From assembly GCF_009914755.1 (NCBI RefSeq), contig NC_060939.1: a stretch of DNA of 64,000 nucleotides, one strand, 5' to 3'. The position numbers and the translations under genes are program-made. Positions 57,601 through 64,000 of the stretch are shown here, in pieces (within the stretch, counting starts at the first letter, position 1; every line of letters starts with the position of its first letter). This DNA is from the human T2T-CHM13v2.0 reference genome, Homo sapiens. The notes beneath the pieces are model-generated. The model did not search any database. It was not told the DNA's origin and saw only the letters and a program-made list of their open reading frames with translations.

Positions 57601-60600
57601 CACTCATGTGATGCATCTCTTACCTAGGCTTTGCCTACAGGGAACATTGTGACATATCTCTGCACTGATCTCCCAGGTGCTGTAACTTTAGTCTAGGCTC
57701 TGGCTACACGGCATTGTGACATATCACTGCACTGATCAACCAGGTGATATAACTCTTGTATAGGCTCTGCCTACAGGGGGATTGTGACCTACCTCTGCAC
57801 TGATCACCCAGGTGACATAACTCTTCTCTAGGATCTGCCTACAGGGTACTTTGTGACATATCCCTGCACTGATCACCCTGGTGATCTAACTCTGGTCTAA
57901 GCTCTGCCTAAAGGGGCATTGTGACAGATCTCTGCTCTGATCACTCTGGTGATGTAAGTATTGTCTATGCTCTGCTTCAAGGGGCCTTGTCACATATCTC
58001 TGCACTGATCACCCAGGTGATGTAACTCTTCTCTAGGCTCTGCTTCCAGGGCATATTGTGACATATCTACGCACTGATCACCTTAGTGATGTAACACTTT
58101 GGTAGGCTCGGCCTACAGGGGAATCTTGACATATCTCTGCACTGTTAACCGAGGTGATTTAACTCTTGTCTAGGCTCTGCCCACAGGGGGATTGAGACAT
58201 ATCTCTGCACTGATCCCGAGGTGATACAACTCTTGCCTGGTCTCTGCCTACTGTGGACATTGTGACATATCTCTGCACTGATGTCCCATGTGCTGTAACT
58301 TTAGTCTAGGCTCTGGCTACATGGCATTGTGACATATCACTGCACTGATCAACCAGGTGATATAACTCTTGTATAGACTCTGCCTACAGGGGGATTGTGA
58401 CCTACCTCTGCACTGATCACCCAGGTGATATAACTCTTCTCTAGGATCTGCCTACAGGGTACTTTGTGACACATCCCTGCACTGATCACCCAGGTGATCT
58501 AACTCTGGTCTAAGCTCTGCCTAAAGGGGCATTGTGACAGATCTCTGCACTGATCAGTCTGGTGATGTAAGTATTGTCTAGGCTCTGCTTCAAGGGGCCT
58601 TGTCACATATCTCTGCACTGATCACCCAGGTGATGTAACTCTTGTCTAGGCTCTGCTTCCAGGGCATATTGTGATATATCTATGCACTGATCACCTTAGT
58701 GATGTAACACTTTGGTAAGCTCGGCCTACAGGGGAATCTTGACATATCTCTGCACTGTTAACCGAGGTGATTTAACTCTTGACTAGGCTGTGCCCACAGG
58801 GGGATTGAGACATATCTCTGCACTGATCCCGAGGTGATACAACTCTTGCCTGGTCTCTGCCTAGTGTGGACATTGTGACATATCTCTGAACTGATCTCCC
58901 AGGTGCTGTAACTTTAGTCTGGGCTCCGGCTACACGGCATTGTGACATATCACTGCACTGATCACCCAGGCGATATAACTCTTCTCTAGGATCTGACCAC
59001 AGGGTGCTTTGTGACATATCCCTGCAATGATCACCCAGGTGATATACCACTTGCCAAGGCTCTGCCTACAGGGGCATTGCAATGTATCTCTGCACTGATC
59101 ACCTAGGTCTTGTAGCTCTTTTCTAGGATCTGCCTACAGGGTGCTTTGTGACGTGTCCCAGCAAGGATTACCCAGGTGATGTACCTCTCATCAAGGCTCT
59201 GCCTACAGGCACATTGTGATGTATCTCTGCACTGATCACCTCGGTCATGTAACTTTTTTCTAGGCTCTACCTATGATGGCATTGTGACATATCTCTGCAC
59301 TAATCATCCAAGTGATGTAACTCTTGTCTAGGATGTGCCTAAATTAACTTTTTGACATAACCCTGTACTGATCATCCAGGTGATGGAGCTTTTGTCTAGG
59401 CTCTGCCTAAAGGGGCATTGTGACATATTTCTGCATTGATCACCCAGGTGGCGAAGTCTTCTCTCGGATCTGTCTATGGGGGCATTGTGAGAAATCTCTG
59501 CACTGATCACCCAGGTGATGTAACTGTTGTGTAACCTCTGCCTACAGGGGAATTGTGAGAGATCTCGTCACTGATTACCCAAGTGATGTAACCATTGTCT
59601 AGGCTTTGCGTACAGGGGGCTTTGTGACATACCTTTGCACTGATCACCCAGGTGATGTAACACATCTAAGTTCGGCCTAAAGGAGCTTTGTGACATATCT
59701 CTGCACTGATCACTTAGGTGATGTAACACTTTCATAATCACTGCCTACAGGGAATTTTGACAAATCTCTGCACTGATCACCTAGGTGATGTAACTCTTGT
59801 CTACCCTCTGTCCAACGGGGCATTGTGAAATGTCTCTGCACTGATCACCCAGGTGATACAACTCTTGACTAGAAACTGCCTGCAGAGGTTATTGTGAAAT
59901 ATCTCTGCACTGATAAACTAGGTGGTGTAACCCTTGTCCAAGCTCTGCCTACAGGGGCGTTTCCACATATCCCTGAACTGATGACAAAGGTGATGTAACT
60001 CTTGCCTAGGCTTTGCCTACAGGGAACATTGGACATATATCTGCACTGATCACCCAGGTGATGCAACTCTTGCCTAGGCTTTGCCTACAGGGGACATTGT
60101 GACATATCTCTTCAATGATCACTCACGTGATGCATCTCTTGCCTAGGCTTTGCCTACAGGGGACATTGTGACATATCTCTGCACTGATCTCCCACGTGCT
60201 GTAACTTTAGTCTAGGCTCTGGCTACACGGCATTGGGACATATCACTGCACTGATCAACCAGGTGATATAACTCTTGTATAGGCTCTGCCTACAGGGGTA
60301 TTGTGACCTACCTCTGCACTGATCACTCAGGTGATATAACTCTTCTCTAGGATCTGCCTACAGGGTACTTTGTGACATATCCCTGCACTGATCACCCAGG
60401 TGATCTAACTCTGATCTAAGCTCTGCCTAAAGGGGCATTGTGACAGATCTCTGCACTGATCCCTCTGGTGATGTAAGTATTGTCTAGGCTCTGCTTCAAG
60501 GGGCCTTGTCACATATCTCTGCACTGATCACCCAGGTGATGTAACTCTTGTCTAGGCTCTGCTTCCAGGGCATATCGTGACATATGTATGCACTGATCAC

Positions 60601-63600
60601 CTTAGTGATGTAACACTTTGGTAGGCTCGGCCTACAGGGGAATCTTGACATATCTCTGCACTGTTAACCGAGGTGATTTAACACTTGTCTAGGCTGTGAC
60701 CACAGGGGGATTGAGACATATCTCTGCACTGATCCCGAGGTGATACAACTCTTGCCTGGTCTCTGCCTACTGTGGACGTTGTGACAAATCTCTGCACTGA
60801 TGTCCCAGGAGCTGTAACTTTAGTCTAGGCTCTGGCTACACGGCATTGTGACATATCACTGCACTGATCACCCAGGCGATATAACTCTTCTCTAGGATCT
60901 GACCACAGGGTGCTTTGTGACATATCCCTGCAATGATCACCCAGGTGATATACCACTTGCCAAGGCTCTGCCTACAGGGGCATTGCAATGTATCTCTGCA
61001 CTGATCACCTAGGTCTTGTAGCTATTTTCTAGGATCTGCCTACAGGGTGCTTTGTGACGTGTCCCAGCAAGGATTACCCAGGTGATGTACCTCTCATCAA
61101 GGCTCTGCCTACAGGCACATTGTGATGTATCTCTGCACTGATCACCTAGGTCATGTAACTTTTTTCTAGGCTCTACCTACGATGGCATTGTGAAATATCT
61201 CTGCACTAATTATCCAAGTGATGTAACTCTTGTCTAGGATGTGCCTAAAGTAACTTTTTGACATAACCCTGTACTGATCATCCAGGTGATGGAGCTTTTG
61301 TCTAGGCTCTGCCTAAGGGGGCATTGTGACATATTTCTGCATTGATCACCCAGGTGGCGAGCTCTTCTCTCGGATCTGCCTATGGGGGCATTGTGAGAAA
61401 TCTCTGCACTGATCACCCAGGTGATGTAACTGTTGTGTAACCTCTGCCTACAGGGGAATTGTGAGAGATCTCGTCACTCATTACCCAAGTGATGTAACCA
61501 TTGTCTAGGCTTTGCGTACAGGGGGCTTTGTGACATACCTTTGCACTGATCACCCAGGTGATGTAACACATCTAAGTTCGGCCTAAAGGAGCTTTGTGAC
61601 ATATCTCTGCACTGATCACTTAGGTGATGTAACACTTTTATAATCACTGCCTACAGGGAATTTTGACAAATCTCTGCACTCATCACCTAGGTGATGTAAC
61701 TCTTGTCTACCCTCTGTCCAACGGGGCATTGTGAAATGTCTCTGCACTGATCACCCAGGTGATTCAACTCTTGACTAGGAACGGCCTACAGAGGTTATTG
61801 TGAAATATCTCTGCACTGATAAACTAGGTGGTGTAACCCTTGTCCAAGCTCTGCCTACAGGGGCGTTTCCACATATCCCTGAACTGATGACAAAGGTGAT
61901 GTAACTCTTGCCTAGGCTTTGTCTACAGGGAACATTGGACATATATCTGCACTGATCACCCAGGTGATGCAACTCTTGCCTAGGCTTTGCCTACAGGGGA
62001 CATTGTGACATATCTCTTCAATGATCACTCATTTGATGCATCTCTTGCCTAGGCTTTGCCTACAGGGACATTGTGACATATCTCTGCACTGATCTCCCAG
62101 GTGCTGTAACTTTAGTCTAGGCTCTGGCTACACGGCATTGTGACATATCACTGCACTGATCAACCAGGTGATATGACTCTTGTATAGGCTCTGCCTACAG
62201 GGGGATTGTGACCTACCTCTGCACTGATCACCCAGGTGATATAACTCTTCTCTAGGATCTGCCTACAAGGTAATTTGTGACACATCCCTGCACTGATCAC
62301 CCAGGTGATCTAACTCTGGTCTAAGCTCTGCCTAAAGGGGCATTGTGACAGATCTCTGCACTGATCAGTCTGGTGATGTAAGTATTGTCTAGGCTCTGCT
62401 TCAAGGGGCCTTGTCACATATCTCTGCACTGATCACCCAGGTGATGTAACTCTTGTCTAGGCTCTGCTTCCAGGGCATATTGTGATATATCTATGCACTG
62501 ATCACCTCAGTGATGTAACACTTTGGTAGGCTCGGCTTACAGGGGAATCTTGACATATCTCTGCACTGTTAACCGAGGTGATTTAACTCTTGTCTAGGCT
62601 GTGCCCACAGGGGGATTGAGACATATCTCTGCACTGATCCCGAGGTGATACAACTCTTGCCTGGTCTCTGCCTAGTGTGGACATTGTGACATATCTCTGA
62701 ACTGATCTCCCAGGTGCTGTAACTTTAGTCTGGGCTCCGGCTACACGGCATTGTGACATATCACTGCACTGATCACCCAGGCGATATAACTCTTCTCTGG
62801 GATCTGACCACAGGGTGCTTTGTGACATATCCCTGCAATGATCACCCAGGTGATATACCACTTGCCAAGGCTCTGCCTACAGGGGCATTGCAATGTATCT
62901 CTGCACTGATCACCTAGGTCTTGTAGCTCTTTTCTAGGATCTGCATACAGGGTGCTTTGTGACGTGTCCCAGCAAGGATTACCCAGGTGATGTACCTCTC
63001 ATCAAGGCTCTGCCTACAGGCACATTGTGATGTATCTCTGCACTGATCACCTCGGTCATGTAACTTTTTTCCAAGCTCTACCTACGATGGCATTGTGACA
63101 TATCTCTGCACTAATCATCCAAGTGATGTAACACTTGTCTAGGATGTGCCTAAATTAACTTTTTGACATAAACCTGTACTGATCATCCAGGTGATGGAGC
63201 TTTTGTCTAGGCTCTGCCTAAGGGGGCATTGTGACATATTTCTGCATTGATCACCCAGGTGGCGAACTCTTCTCTCGGATCTGCCTATGGGGGCATTGTG
63301 AGAAATCTCTGCACTGATCACCCAGGTGATGTAACTGTTGTGTAACCTCTGCCTACAGGGGAATTGTGAGAGATCTCGTCACTGATTACCCAAGTGATGT
63401 AACCATTGTCTAGGCTTTGCGTACAGGGGGCTTTGTGACATACCTTTGCACTGATCACCCAGGTGATGTAACACATCTAAGTTCGGCCTAAAGGAGCTTT
63501 GTGACATATCTCTGCACTGATCACTTAGGTGATGTAACACTTTTATAATCACTGCCTACAGGGAATTTTGACAAATCTCTGCACTGATCACCTAGGTGAT

Positions 63601-64000
63601 GTCACTCTTGTCTACCCTCTGTCCAACGGGGCATTGTGAAATGTCTCTGCACTGATCACCCAGGTGATTCAACTCTTGACTAGGAACTGCCTACAGAGGT
63701 TATTGTGAAATATCTCTGCAATGATAAACTAGGTGGTGTAACCATTGTCCAAGCTCTGCCTACAGGGGCGTTTCCACATATCCCTGAACTGATGACAAAG
63801 TTGATGTAACTCTTGCCTAGGCTTTGCCTACAGGGAACATTGGACATATATCTGCACTGATCACCCAGGTGATGCAACTCTTGCCTAGGCTTTGCCTACA
63901 GGGGACATTGTGACATATCTCTTCAATGATCACTCATGTGATGCATCTCTTGCCTAGGCTTTGCCTACAGGGGACATTGTGACATATCTCTGCACTGATC
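39616..64000 (+). repeat. Right domain: 37-mer (2518-2519 bp) and 28-mer (1905-1906 bp) HORs
   Basis: ORF-track anchors at 41019, 43538, 46057, 48575, 51093, 52999, 54904, 56809, 59328, 61234, 63139 give spacings 2519,2519,2518,2518,1906,1905,1905,2519,1906,1905. Domain-specific variants include CTGGTGATGTAAGTATT, ACACTTTGGTA, TGTGGAC and GACGTGTCCC. Confidence 0.92.
50537..64000 (+). repeat. 8235-bp (121-monomer; 28+28+28+37) super-period, with a partial second copy
   Basis: Peptides carrying private variants recur at exactly +8235: 51093/59328, 51634/59869, 53540/61775, 54348/62583, 54904/63139. Left limit approximate. Confidence 0.8.

Larger units (their letters stand above)
1..64000 (+). 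repeat. Beta satellite (68-bp Sau3A / BSR) tandem array, about 940 head-to-tail monomers, running off both window ends
   Basis: The motif TGTGACATATCTCTGCACTGATCACCCAGGTGATGTAACTCTTGTCTAGGCTCTGCCTACAGGGG recurs every 67-69 bp throughout, with a GATC site in most monomers. It matches the known primate beta-satellite monomer. No unique sequence or strand switch seen. Confidence 0.97.

Noticed and set aside
154-63877. About 80 short, mostly minus-strand ORFs (60-137 aa) with HHLGDQCRDMSQ and ITWVISAEICHN motifs, superficially like Cys/His-rich repeat or metal-binding proteins
   Set aside because: They are translations of the 68-bp monomer in rotating frames (68 is not a multiple of 3). Their ends shift with random stops and 1-bp indels between HOR copies. 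The minus-strand bias follows from the many TGA/TAA/TAG triplets on the plus strand. Nothing indicates coding constraint.
1-64000. CRISPR-like appearance: a conserved, partly palindromic core of about 35 bp every 68 bp with more variable sequence between
   Set aside because: The would-be spacers are all homologous to one another and recur with HOR periodicity, the core itself varies, and there is no leader or cas gene.
1-64000. High GATC density suggesting Dam-regulated origin or iteron DNA
   Set aside because: GATC is the defining Sau3A site of beta satellite. There is no rep gene, AT-rich unwinding element or other prokaryotic context.
1-64000. Alpha-satellite centromere core or D4Z4/DUX4-associated locus
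   Set aside because: The period is 68 bp rather than 171 bp, and I see no GC-rich 3.3-kb unit or homeobox ORF. Chromosome and species cannot be assigned from the window alone.

Overview
The whole 64 kb is one uninterrupted, single-orientation tandem array of primate (human-type) beta satellite (68-bp Sau3A/BSR repeat), about 940 monomers. My consensus by eye is GATCACCCAGGTGATGTAACTCTTGTCTAGGCTCTGCCTACAGGGGCATTGTGACATATCTCTGCACT. I see no genes, RNA genes, transposons or CRISPR. All listed ORFs are repeat translations. The real signal is the higher-order repeat (HOR) architecture. A marker present once per HOR (AAATTAACTTT, 32 occurrences from 77 to 63152) gives successive unit sizes of 29,23,29,23,31,29,29,37, then 12 x 29, then 24,37,37,37,37,28,28,28,37,28,28 monomers. 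There are three sequence lineages (left, middle, right), nested super-repeats of 3538, 3944 and 8235 bp, a sharp lineage junction at about 39.6 kb, and recurrent rearrangements that appear to use old homologies inside the HOR. I did not find a new coding system. The findings concern satellite evolution and were mapped by eye, so they need alignment to confirm.
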